From Amoebophrya sp. A120 (Eukaryota > Protista > Dinoflagellata), in the NCBI GenBank assembly GCA_905178155.1, contig CAJINV010000002.1, positions 9,616,650-9,680,649 on the forward strand: a stretch of DNA of 64,000 nt, read 5' to 3'. Each line of letters starts with the position of its first letter. Position 1 is the stretch's first letter. The position numbers were made by a program, and so were the translations under genes. Shown piece by piece: positions 12,790 to 22,832 of the stretch. Under the pieces are notes generated by a model. The model saw only the letters and a list, made by a program, of their open reading frames with translations. It made no database searches and was not told the origin of the DNA.

Positions 12790-15700
12790 ATGACAGCTGT
12801 GGCAGGTTCGTGCGGTTTTTCCGTCCGATGGGAGAGGGTTGGGGCTCTGTCATTTGGGTGCGCCGGCGGAGTTGTGCGACCCACGTGGTCCTGGTCGGAG
12901 AATCTCGCGTACAACGCCCGCGTGGCCGGGATACGCCATTTCCGCATAATGCCTGGGTTGTTACCAATGGCTGGCGTATCTGCTCTACGTCGGAAGAGCG
13001 AGGCTTGGACGTCGGAGAGGACGCGCAACAACGACTTTGTCGTGAAGCGACGGTTCTGCAGTGCGAGTTCCACCACGGTGGGTCCGGGAGCAAGTACTGT
13101 TAGTTCGGCTAGTTCGGCAAGCGGCGGGATGGCAACGGATCTCTCACGCTTTACCAAATAGAAAAATCCACCCGCCCCTGCATGCCGTTGACACAGCGTG
13201 ATTTGTGTATCCACGGGAAGAAGTTTTTCAGTTTGCAGGGACAGGGAAAGGGTCGATAGAGATCATTGTTCTGACCTTTCTTGCATGTCTACCAAGTACG
13301 ACAACCAGAGGCACCGGACGTCTCTATTTTTTTCAGGAGAAAACGATAGCCGGCTATGACAAAGTTAACGTTGTTGAAGCGTGAGCAATAAATTCGCTTT
13401 GAAAACAAGAACGGAGCGAGGCGGGTTCTGACGCTTTGATACTCCTGCGCAACGTTGCCATTATTGCGCACGTAGACCACGGCAAGACCACTTTGGTGGA
13501 TGAGATCTTGTCTCAATCCGGGATGGCATATGGATGTGGACAACTCGTCCCCGTTACCTTCATTTGTCAAACACCTAAAAAAGGGAAAAAAGCGGCAGAC
13601 GCAACTGCAAGCACAATGGAGGTTATTTGGCGTAGTCAATCCATACCGCCCATACCTGTTCGGCGTGGTGAACTTGTCATGTAGAAACGGCCAAGTACTA
13701 TCTAGCGGCAAAAATAGGATTTGGCTCTTTGCACGAAAAACGAGGGGGGGTTGTCCGCAATCATACGAGCGGCGACTGGCGGCGGGGGGCCAGGCACCTA
13801 GACAGCAATGCGCTGGAACAGGAGCGGGGGATTACCATCTTGAGCAAGGTCACCCGCATCAACGCCCCAAATCGTGGCGGGTACACCTTCAACATCGTGG
13901 ACACGCCCGGACACGCGGACTTCGGCGGCGAGGTGGAGTATCTTGAGTGAAAGCGTCCCAACCGTAGATTTGATATGCAAATCTGCATGCCTGAAATCAA
14001 ATGTGATGCGCGGGCGCGCCATGAGGAGCAATTTCTTATCGCATCTGAGAGTAGTTTGTCATGCTAGAGTCAGGAGTTGATGGCCGATTTTTTAGGATGT
14101 TGCTGCTGCATTAGCTAAAGAGGATTACGCCGCGAGCCCAAACCTCCTGGTGTGCGCAACAGCTAAAACTTCTTGGTTTATTGTGGAGCAAAATCCCCAT
14201 ATGATTGACACTGGGAGGGTGACGTTTTTCCACAGCATACGGAGCGGGTGTTATCCATGGTCGAGGGAGTGGTGCTTCTCGTCGACGCGGCTGAGGGTCC
14301 GAAGACGCAAACGCGGTTTGTGCTGCAAAAGGCGCTGCAGATGCGGCAGAGCGTTAGCGGCGCGGCGGGGGGGCCGGACGCAGCAGAGAAGACGCGCGTG
14401 ATCAAGCCGCTCGTGGTGATTAACAAGGTGGACAAGCCCACGCGGCGGGCGTACGGGGAGGTCGAAAACGACATCTTCGACCTGTTTGTCAGCCTAGACG
14501 CCACGGAGGAGCAGCTGGACTATCCCACCCTGTACGCCAGCGGGAAGGAAGGATGGTGCGTTGCCTCCTACGACGAAGCAATGCAGATCGTGGACGCTGG
14601 CGCAGGCCGTTCCGGCGCGGGGGCGGTCCCGTCCGAAAAGCGGAACCTAGATGCGCTGTTTGCTGCGATCGAGCAGCACGTGCCGCAGCCGCCGCATCCG
14701 TCGGTTCATCCCGGTCCTCACACGGCAGTCGATAGTACTGGGTCCAGCACAGCGGGGGGCAATAGTACTAGTAGCGCCAGCAAGCCGCCCCCGTTTGCGA
14801 TGCTGGTCTCGCAGTTGGATCAGCTGCCGCAGCTGGGAATGACCGTGACGGGGAAGATCAGTTCTGGCACCGTGCAGAAGGGCGACAAAATGGACGCGAA
14901 AAACGGTCGCAACGAGCTGGTTGGCCAGGGCGGAAAAGTGAAGGAGATCACGGTGGTGCGGGGCACGAAGAGGGAGAAGCTGGACCGCGCGAGCCAGGGT
15001 GACATTGTGTCCCTCTCCTTTGCGGGCGGCTCTTCGTTCGCGCCCGCCAGCGGGAGTGCTACAACTACTTCGGAGGCCGGGGGGGCGGGAGACAGCACCG
15101 CCGCTGGTGCTGGTGGGCCGTCTTCCTCGGGCGCCTTTCAGCCCCGCTGGACGCAGACCGTCTTCCACTCGGGGAGATCGAAAGAGGTGGAACCCATCCC
15201 CTGCACGGAGAGTATGGGGCTCTCAAACGTTACACTCTCAACTGTTACATGGATTTGTCACGCAAAATGAGCATCAACGTCCACACAGTGAAGCTGCCTC
15301 ACATGACAAATTTTGGAAGGGCTAAACAGCATGGGAATCTGTGCCGAATTTGTAATGCAAGAGTTGCAAGAAGATCCGGCCTTTCCCTGTTGCCATTCTT
15401 GCATCACAAATTCATGAAACAGTTGAGAATGTAACAGTTGAGAACGCCATAGAGATCGATCCGCCGGTGATCTGTGTGAAAGTGACAGTGAACGACGCCC
15501 CCGGCGTATGCAAGAAAAAAACTGTGTAAGTGTAAATCTGTGATGCAGAACATGCAACAGAGTTACAGCTGTCATGCCAGACAGCGATGCAGTTCTCTTT
15601 TCATGTGTGTTTTCCCTTACAAACCACGCATGACAGGTTTTCTCTGTCATGTAGAGCAAATTTGTGATGCTGTCAGCCAAAGAAAGTTACACTAACACAG

Positions 15701-18700
15701 TTTTTTTCTTGGATACGGCGCGGGCAAGGCGAAGTTCATCGCGTTGTACGACATCTACGCGCGCCTGCGGAAGGAGGCGCTCGTGAACGTAGCCATCGGC
15801 GTTGAGGAAAATGCGGACAAATCGGCGCTAAGGCTGAGCGGACGCGGGGAACTGCAGCTGGGGATTTTGATCGAGAACATGCGCCGGGAGGGCTACGAAA
15901 TGACGCTGTCACCGCCTCGCGTCGTGACCACTATAGATCCCAGCGACGGCGTCACGGAGTTGGAGCCCTGGGAAAGCGTGCAGGTGGACGTTCCCACGGA
16001 CCTTTCGGCCACCGTCATCGAACGTATCACACCAAAAAGTGTTAACGTTAACGGAATTTGGCATGCAGGAATGCGCGATAAATGATGCCCAAACGTGTAT
16101 TGCATAACATGCATGATAGCGAAAATTTGTCATGCATGACTGCAATGCCCCAAAACCGTTAACGTTAGCACTTTTTTGCTTGATAGAACGGCTTTCCAGT
16201 CGCGGAGGCGAGCTGAAGGAAATGGTATCAAATGTAAAAATGTCTGGGTCTGGAAACTTGTGATGCTGGGTGGCGTCTCATGATGAGGCCACAAATGCTG
16301 GCTTAGCATGACAAGTTTCTGAGCTTCTAGGTGTTGCCTATTCTGCATGACAAACTGCACACAGAGAGGGCAGGAAAGGAGAGTGGCGCTGCAAGCAGTC
16401 AAAGTAAAAGTAGCCGGGCAAATGTAGAAAGAAAGCAAGAAGAAAAAGGGGAAGAAAGAAGGGAAGGAGAGACACTTTCTGAAACTATACTGCGACTAAT
16501 CGAGAAAGAGAAGAAGAAAGCAGAGGAAGCCGGTGACGAGATGGCGCAGGGGGCATTCAGAATAATCCAAAAAGCGACGAAACTGTTGCAGGAGGTAGAG
16601 GAGGCGAATAAAGGAGACGATGGAAGAAAGTCAAACGAAAAAGAAAGGGGACGGGAGGAAGGAGACCAAGAAGAAGCGATCAGCGAAGACGGAGAAGAGG
16701 AAGAAAAAGAAAGCTTCTACGGGGCGCAAGAATATGAAGGCACTCGGAGAGGATACGTGCTCAAAAGAGGGGCGACGGGACAGGGATACTACATAGATCA
16801 GGGTCCAGAAGAGGCAGCGCGAGCATTTTTTCGGAATCTGGTGGCGTGGGGGGAGGATGAGAAAAGGGACGCGATTAATAAGGAGCGGGCGGAGGAAGGT
16901 CGAGATGAAAAAGAGGCGGACCAAGAGCAGCAAAAACGGAGAAAGGTGGAGAAACAAGACAAGAAAGCGAACCAAAACGGTGGAAACGAAGACGAAAAAA
17001 AGAAGCAAACGACGGAGGCCTCTAACTTCCCCACAGTCGAGAAATTAATGGAAGATGACCCCATGACATTGATGCAGAAAGAGAAAGAACAGCGGGAGAA
17101 GAGGAGGAGGAGGAGAAGAGGAGGAGGAGGCAGATGCAGTACGAAACTCCTATGCAGCGAGAACTAGCCCAAATGTATAGAGTCCTAGAAAAAGAAAACA
17201 GCGACGGAAAATGAATGAAGAAAGAGAAAATAGTGACTGCAGCGCGTTTCTTCTTTTTTGGATGAGATTGATGAATGGATAGCAAAGTAGAGGCAAGAAG
17301 AGGCCTCATACGTGAATGAAACAAACGAGCAAAGAAGACACAGACCGGGGCTCAAGGCGAAAAGGGCAAATGCGGGGCGTTCTGGCGGGTGCAGAGGGAA
17401 GAGCGTAGACACAAAACGCAACAGAAAAGAGCGATAAAAATGAGGTGACTGCGTATGGACCTTGTCTCGACACGTTCCCGCCAGCCCGGAGGGGTGCGGC
17501 GATGCTAATCATTTCGTTCCCGCCAGCCGTAAAGGCACGGCGCTGCTTTTCCTCTCCTTGCGCCGGCGGACCGCATGCACTGACGCGCTAGGAAACGAAA
17601 AGAAAAAGAAAGAGAAGAAAGAGAAACTATATAAAAGAAGTGGTGCCAGGGTTGCTAATTTAAAAGACTGCGCTAATGCAGCACCCCCCTTCCCCAAGGG
17701 GTCCCCCCGGGGCGGGCGCGATGGCGGCTCTGCGAATGCGGAGCTCCGCGGGCCGTTTCTATGGAAACGCATATAAAAGGGTGCGGGAAGAAGATCGGCA
17801 AAACGTGTCTGAAAGGGACACGCCGTTGGGTCGCCCGCCATCGTGATAGGATCACCGTGTCTGATCATTAGACCCCCTGTATACTTTTTAGCGCGCAACC
17901 GGCCACGCACGTAGTTCTTCGAGCAAGTTTGTAAGACTAACCCATCAAGGCAATACTGGAACTCCACCTTGCTCGCGGGCTTGGATGGTAAGGCAGGTCA
18001 GCCACACATAGCGCCCACTGGCTGTAGCCATGCGTAAGCAATCGATAGCGGTTTTGCAGGTGCAGCCGGGTGGTAGTTAGGATGTGGAACGCGTCTCCAC
18101 CTAGGGGTATCGGCAGAGGCTAAATCTGTTCTAACGCCCAGGTATTGGCAGAGGCTAAATCTGTCTAACGCCCACCCGCCAGGAGTTAAATGGTGCTACT
18201 ACTACTACTACTGCATCACAGAAAAATAGGGCTCTTGGATAACGTGCATTACAGATTTAAGACTCATGCCAGAAAAGCATGACAAATCTCGCAATCTTCC
18301 AGACCCAGACATTCTTGCATTTGATAAATGGACGCGAACAGCAAGAACCGGACCACGCTTCGGTTCGAGATCGCGTCGCGCAATTTTTTCGGTTTGCGCG
18401 CCTGGGTCACCGAGGCCACGGGGGGACAGGCCGCCGTCGCCTGCGAGATGATTCCGCCCCGCCCGCTCCCGCCCGCGGCCGAGTTGGAGGCCGAAAGCTC
18501 GCGGCCGCCCGTCTTCGTGTCCGCCAACTCGGGGGTGGTGTACCTCGGGGACCACCGCAAGGCAAGCATGAAGGGCAAGCTGTTTGTGAACGCCGGGGAC
18601 CACGTGTATGAGGGACAGATCGTGGGTATCCTGATTAAAAACGTCCCCACACCAGAGTCAAGATGGGAAATCTGCTAGACAAATCAACCAGCTTTGGGTG

Positions 18701-19173
18701 TTTGGCATGACAAGTTTGGCCCCGTATTGTAATCCTGTTTCGCTAGCTCCAGCAGCATCACTGGCCTAGCACATCATGCTGGTTCTAGCATCACAAATTC
18801 CAAAACACGACCAGAAAATGCTTCTCATGGGGCTCCGCATCAGAAACTTTTTTGGCATGCAGATTTGCATGACAACTCTGGGGTGGGGACGTTTTTACTC
18901 AGAATAGTGGGCGAGATCTCCTCCAACACGGGGTCGCAGGCCCTACACGTGGACGCCGAAATCAACCTGTGCCACAAACACGACGGCTACGCCAGCTGCC
19001 ACGGGGCGTCCGGAATCGGAACGCAACTGTCCCTGGAGGAGATGTTGGTGTATCTACAGGAGGACGAGTGCTTGGAGGTGAGGCCCGACCGGCTGGCAAT
19101 GCGGAAGTTGTTGCTCAGCGCCGTGCAGCGCAAAACCAGACTAAAGCAGAAGCTGAAGCAGGCACAGAACTAG
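12790..19173 (+). CDS. typA: TypA/BipA translational GTPase (likely organelle-targeted), 9 exons, all 8 introns are introners
   Basis: [146 protein letters not shown]; Arg/Ser-rich N-terminal extension; start codon uncertain. Confidence 0.93.
13152..13441. mobile_element. Decayed introner in typA
   Basis: TACCAAATAGAAAAATCCACCCGCC / GGCGGGTTCTGACGCTTTGATA; removal gives DLSR-L|RNVAII. Confidence 0.6.
13529..13765. mobile_element. Introner in typA, TSD decayed
   Basis: TATGGATGTGGACAAC / GTTGTCCGCAATCATA; removal keeps frame QSGMA|[13 protein letters not shown]. Confidence 0.75.
13939..14239. mobile_element. Diverged family B introner (reverse orientation) in typA
   Basis: TSD TGGAG/CGGAG; restores GGEVE|RVLSMV; left interior resembles 57154 copy. 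Confidence 0.85.
15213..15451. mobile_element. Family E introner in typA
   Basis: TATGGGGCTCTCAAACGTTACACTCTCAACTGTT / AACAGTTGAGAATGTAACAGTTGAGAACGCCATA; TSD GAGAG/GAGAT; restores PCTE|IDPPVI. Confidence 0.9.
15507..15715. mobile_element. Family D introner in typA
   Basis: TATGCAAGAAAAAAACTGTGTAAGTGTAA / TTACACTAACACAGTTTTTTTCTTGGATA; perfect TSD CGGCG. Confidence 0.92.
16025..16185. mobile_element. Introner in typA
   Basis: TATCACACCAAAAAGTGTTAACGTTAACGG / CCGTTAACGTTAGCACTTTTTTGCTTGATA; perfect TSD GAACG; restores VIER|LSSRGGEL. Confidence 0.92.
16226..18326. mobile_element. Family A introner expanded to 2.1 kb by a nested insert
   Basis: Family A TIRs, perfect TSD AATGG; removal restores GELKEM|[14 protein letters not shown]; flanks collinear with the 6991 copy. 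Confidence 0.93.
16366..18210 (+). mobile_element. 1.85-kb retroposon-like insert with Glu/Lys-rich ORF remnant, structured 3' region and (ACT)n tail
   Basis: Junctions CTGCA-CACAGA (left) and CTGCATCACAGA (right); last ~270 bp homologous to 7141-7415; ORF 16331-17167; no RT motifs seen. Confidence 0.75.
18627..18906. mobile_element. Family B introner in typA
   Basis: TATCCTGATTAAAAACGTCCCCACACCAGAGT / ACTCTGGGGTGGGGACGTTTTTACTCAGAATA; perfect TSD GTGGG; restores QIVG|EISS. Confidence 0.93.
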
Positions 19174-20188
19174 GGACAGCGCAAGGAAGCTGCTCGTCCG
19201 CCCGGAGAAGAGGCAATCATGCGTTTTTGGTTCCATTTTTAGCCCGCGATGAGTGTCGTTTCTATAAACGATTGACAGTAGTTCCTTGAATGGCGTCAGC
19301 TTCCCATGCCTGAATACTCATTACTGGTGACCAGAAATCAAAGAAGGCAAGAGTCAAAATAGCAAAAGTGACAATAGTGCCCAGTGGCGGGAAGAAGTTT
19401 TACTATACTGCGAAGCGACTCTACCGACCGTGGATACTTCCTCATATAGCGAGTACTTCTTTGTTCTTCTGTTGAATTTGGTGACGCACTTTTTCTTCTG
19501 CTCTGCAGAACAGTCGAGAACCTGTCGCTGAACCAGCATCCACGAAAAGAAATGGCTTTTGCAGGTTTCTTCTCCGATTTTGCTTGACCGGACGTGAAAC
19601 CAGATCTGATGAAAAAGGAGATCGATGGGCACACCGGGCGAAATGATCTCTACGTCTGGCCACTCGATCCCTTCTTGTCTAGCTGTACCATCGTAGATAA
19701 TTACATGCAGGGTGTACCACGTTCACGCAGCAGTTCTCCTAGGATTGCCTACCTCAGATCGGCGCTTTCTGTGCGAATTCGTGACCACCCTCCATGTTGT
19801 CGTGCTTCGCACCGCAAGCAGGCGGCTTTTCGCGAATCCAAGAAGGATCACTCGCGTTTTCTGGTGCGGCATAGGAACAGTGAACTTACCAGAATTTTTG
19901 CGTGACGAGCCACGCAATGCCAGTTCTTTTTTGAAAAGAAGAAGTGTCGCTCATAAACATGTATCGATACTTATTGCCTTGCTGCATTCTTGTATGCTGC
20001 AGTCGTCCACAGTGCCAGTACCAGTAGTAGTGAAGACCGTCTTGTTCTGGTGCTGGTGGTGCGACACTCTAAGTCGGTGATAGCCGAGTGTGTCTCCAAC
20101 TCCACAGCTAGAGAAGCGATCCTCATTAGTACACTACTTGTCACAGTCACGCTTACGCTTTTTATTTACAAAAACCCCATCAAAAGAT

Positions 20189-20706
20189 ATGATGTCTGGA
20201 GTAGCGTACGCGCGGACCGTGGAACGGCTGCGCAAGATTCATCACCGGGCGCAGCGGCTGCGGTATCCTGAGTAAAAACGTACCCACACCAGAGTCAGGA
20301 TGGTGATTTTGCAACACAAACCTAGGAGTTTTGTGAGTCACGCATGACAAGTTGCACTCCGCAGTGTAGTGCAGGTTAGCAAGTGCAGCCGCATCACAGA
20401 TTCATCTGCTCATCCTGTTCACAGCATCACAAATTCCAAAACCCGATTGGAAATGGCTCTCATGGGGATGCGCATTACAAATCTTCCTGTCTTTGCAAAT
20501 CTGCATTACAACTCTGGTGTGGGGACGTTTTTACTCAGGATATGCGGACAGTGATTGCTAGCCTGGAAGGGGCCGGGAGAAACACCGAAGCAGCGGGCGC
20601 GGCTGGTGGCACGGAGCAAGAGAAGCGTCGGTCGCGCGCCGTCCTGCCCGCCGGCTTACGCGCTGCGGACGTTCAGGCGTACCGTGTGCGTGTCGGAATG
20701 AGCTAG
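20189..20706 (+). CDS. Small basic hypothetical protein (~77 aa) split by one introner
   Basis: MMSGVAYARTVERLRKIHHRAQRLR|TVIASLEGAG...RVRVGMS* after removing 20264-20542; no recognised domain. Confidence 0.45.
20264..20542. mobile_element. Family B introner
   Basis: TATCCTGAGTAAAAACGTACCCACACCAGAGT / ACTCTGGTGTGGGGACGTTTTTACTCAGGATA; perfect TSD TGCGG. Confidence 0.93.
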
Positions 20707-22381
20707 CGACGATGCGGGGTAGTCTTTTGGGGCTCTCGGGGAAAACGAAAATTCCTGTTCACATGGGCGAAGCAGCCTACGCAACGTACTCAAGTAGTCC
20801 GGAGACCACTGAAATAGAGACGAAGCGGCTGGGTCGACTTACGGGCTGTGTGCGGTGTTTGTTTCGCCTTGTGGATGTATAGAGATTGCTAGTTGATGTG
20901 CTGCACCGGACGCTCGCTTTATCAACTAGATGTACGGAAAAATTGTCGCAGTGACTTGCTTATCTTCTGCTAGGCAACCTTTTTTGGATAGCGAACACTA
21001 TTCCTGCTGCTAGTGTTGAGACATAGCCGCATGCACCGGGTCGATGCTTCTGAGCAAGACATAAATTGCGCCTTGATTGTGCTATATTTCTACTCTTTGA
21101 GTCTGTTCAGCGAGTAGATTTCTAGCTGTGCAGCATGGAAAAACCCTCTGCCTTAGCCAGTGCAGCAATGGAAATCGCCTACAAAATACGTCGGAAGAAC
21201 CTTGCGGTTTTATAATATGCGTGAGACGGTCAACGTCAATTCGGTGGGATCCACTGTTTGGTCAAACTTTGACATGTGGTAGACTGTATGATCCTCTTCT
21301 TTCTGGTGAATTTATTCGGTTACGAAAGCGCCTGACTGCAAAAACAAAAGCACTTCTTTACGTCATTTATTGAAGTCGCGCGACGGGAAGGAGAACGGCG
21401 AGCTGGCGCCCATGAATCTCAACCAATGGTCACAATCAAGTGGCACATGCATGAAAATATCGAGGTACAGAATTCCCGTCGCTTTGGTCGGATCTATAAA
21501 ATCAACCTTGATATTAAACCAAGATATCGATTTTTTGCACTGAACAGTAGGCGCGGACCTCACGCTTGTAGCCGCTTCGTCCACAAAAGAGCGAGATGAT
21601 TGAAAGACGAAGGCCGCGGACTCCGTGAAAAGACATAAGCACGAATGTTAAGACCAAAGAATCGAAATACGTACAAGCAAAATCAAATTCATTGTGGCTC
21701 TATCGCTCAGAGCTGCTCAACAAAGGTATGCACTAGGCGCCGCCTGTCTAGCGTATACTTTGCTTCTAGCCTCTCTGGTGCCGCTCGGCCATGTTGATGC
21801 CCCATTGTGTGAGCGACTGTACCGAGCCGGCATTGGACAATCACTACGAAAACGAAAAAAGGTCGAAAAGATCAAGAGAGTGACGCGATCAACACCAGAG
21901 CCTTGGCCTTTGTAAGCTTGTGAAGACACTTTTTACGGGCGCGAGCGACGCTTTAGCTCAGCGCTGCTTGGCTTGCCTAAATAGTATTTACTCAAATTTT
22001 TATACTAATTGATGCCCCAGCAACGACTCACTACACCAGTAACAGTTTTTTCACACTACGGATCAGTACTCTAGGGAGGACAGTTTGCACTTTCAGGATT
22101 GTCGTAGCAGCAATAGAACTAATTCTTGTCAGCGACCTGAAGCTAATAAAGCACGTAGTTATTGCTTCGAGCCGAGCTTTTACTTGAGAAGGCAACTTTT
22201 TTAAACATTATTCGATTTTTCCTGCGGTTCGTTTGTGTCCGATTCCTGCGGCGGCGGTACATCAGGGAACAACGGCGCATGAGTAAGAAGCAAGTGGCCT
22301 GTTATATGAAGAATCGTTGGCGATTTTTGGAGACCGAACAAGAGAAATAGCAGGAAATACTCTACGCGGCGACGACAACGC

Positions 22382-22815
22382 TATCTCGAGGAAAAATTCC
22401 CACTGCCCGCCATCTTCGATCCAGTTTTATTGCGACTCTGTACTCACTTGTCGTCACCAATCGCAAGAAGCATGCGAGGTCGCAGCTGTGTTTTGCATTG
22501 TGAAGGTGCGGCCTCGTAGAGTAAGGAAGGGTGCTTTTGGCACTGCTTACCTGCTGGAAGCTTCTTCAAAGGTACTTGCAGCAATGAAGACATCACAGTG
22601 CAACATCCCATCGCCTGTCACTCAGAGGCCTCTTTCTACGGATAATTGCTGGTGTATTTCATGTACTGAGTGAGGCGTTTGTAATATCGCTTGTTCAGCT
22701 AGTGCAGCTGTCTCTGCTGCTAGCGTGACGACAGATGATGAGTTTGTAGTTGGAAAGAGTCATGTTGCTGCGTACTTAGTAGATGGCGGGAGCTTCAGCT
22801 TCTTCCAATTTGATA
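22382..22815. mobile_element. Decayed introner-like element just upstream of TFIIS ATG (possible 5' UTR intron)
   Basis: TAT...CCCGCCATCT / AGATGGCGGG...TTTGATA inverted match; TSD not retained. Confidence 0.4.
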
Positions 22816-22832
22816 CACTGACGGAAGTGGCC

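Noticed and set aside
16331-17167. ORF as the introner's transposase (autonomous element)
   Set aside because: No DDE, tyrosine-recombinase or HUH motifs; it lies within a separately TSD-bounded, tailed insert.
17640-17790. HDV-like ribozyme in the nested insert
   Set aside because: Partial P2/P3-like pairings and a CGAAT exist, but I could not find a P1 partner or a consistent nested pseudoknot.
18626-18634. GTATCCT/ATATCCT starts as U12-type (minor spliceosome) donors
   Set aside because: The resemblance holds for only some families; many introns begin CT or TT, no TCCTTAAC branch site was seen, 3' ends are arbitrary, and the elements work in either orientation.
12790-19173. typA as a bacterial gene or an IS-disrupted pseudogene
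   Set aside because: Neighbours are eukaryotic (TFIIS, Rpt2, PKA-R) with GT-AG introns, and every interruption is removed frame-perfectly with conserved motifs intact.
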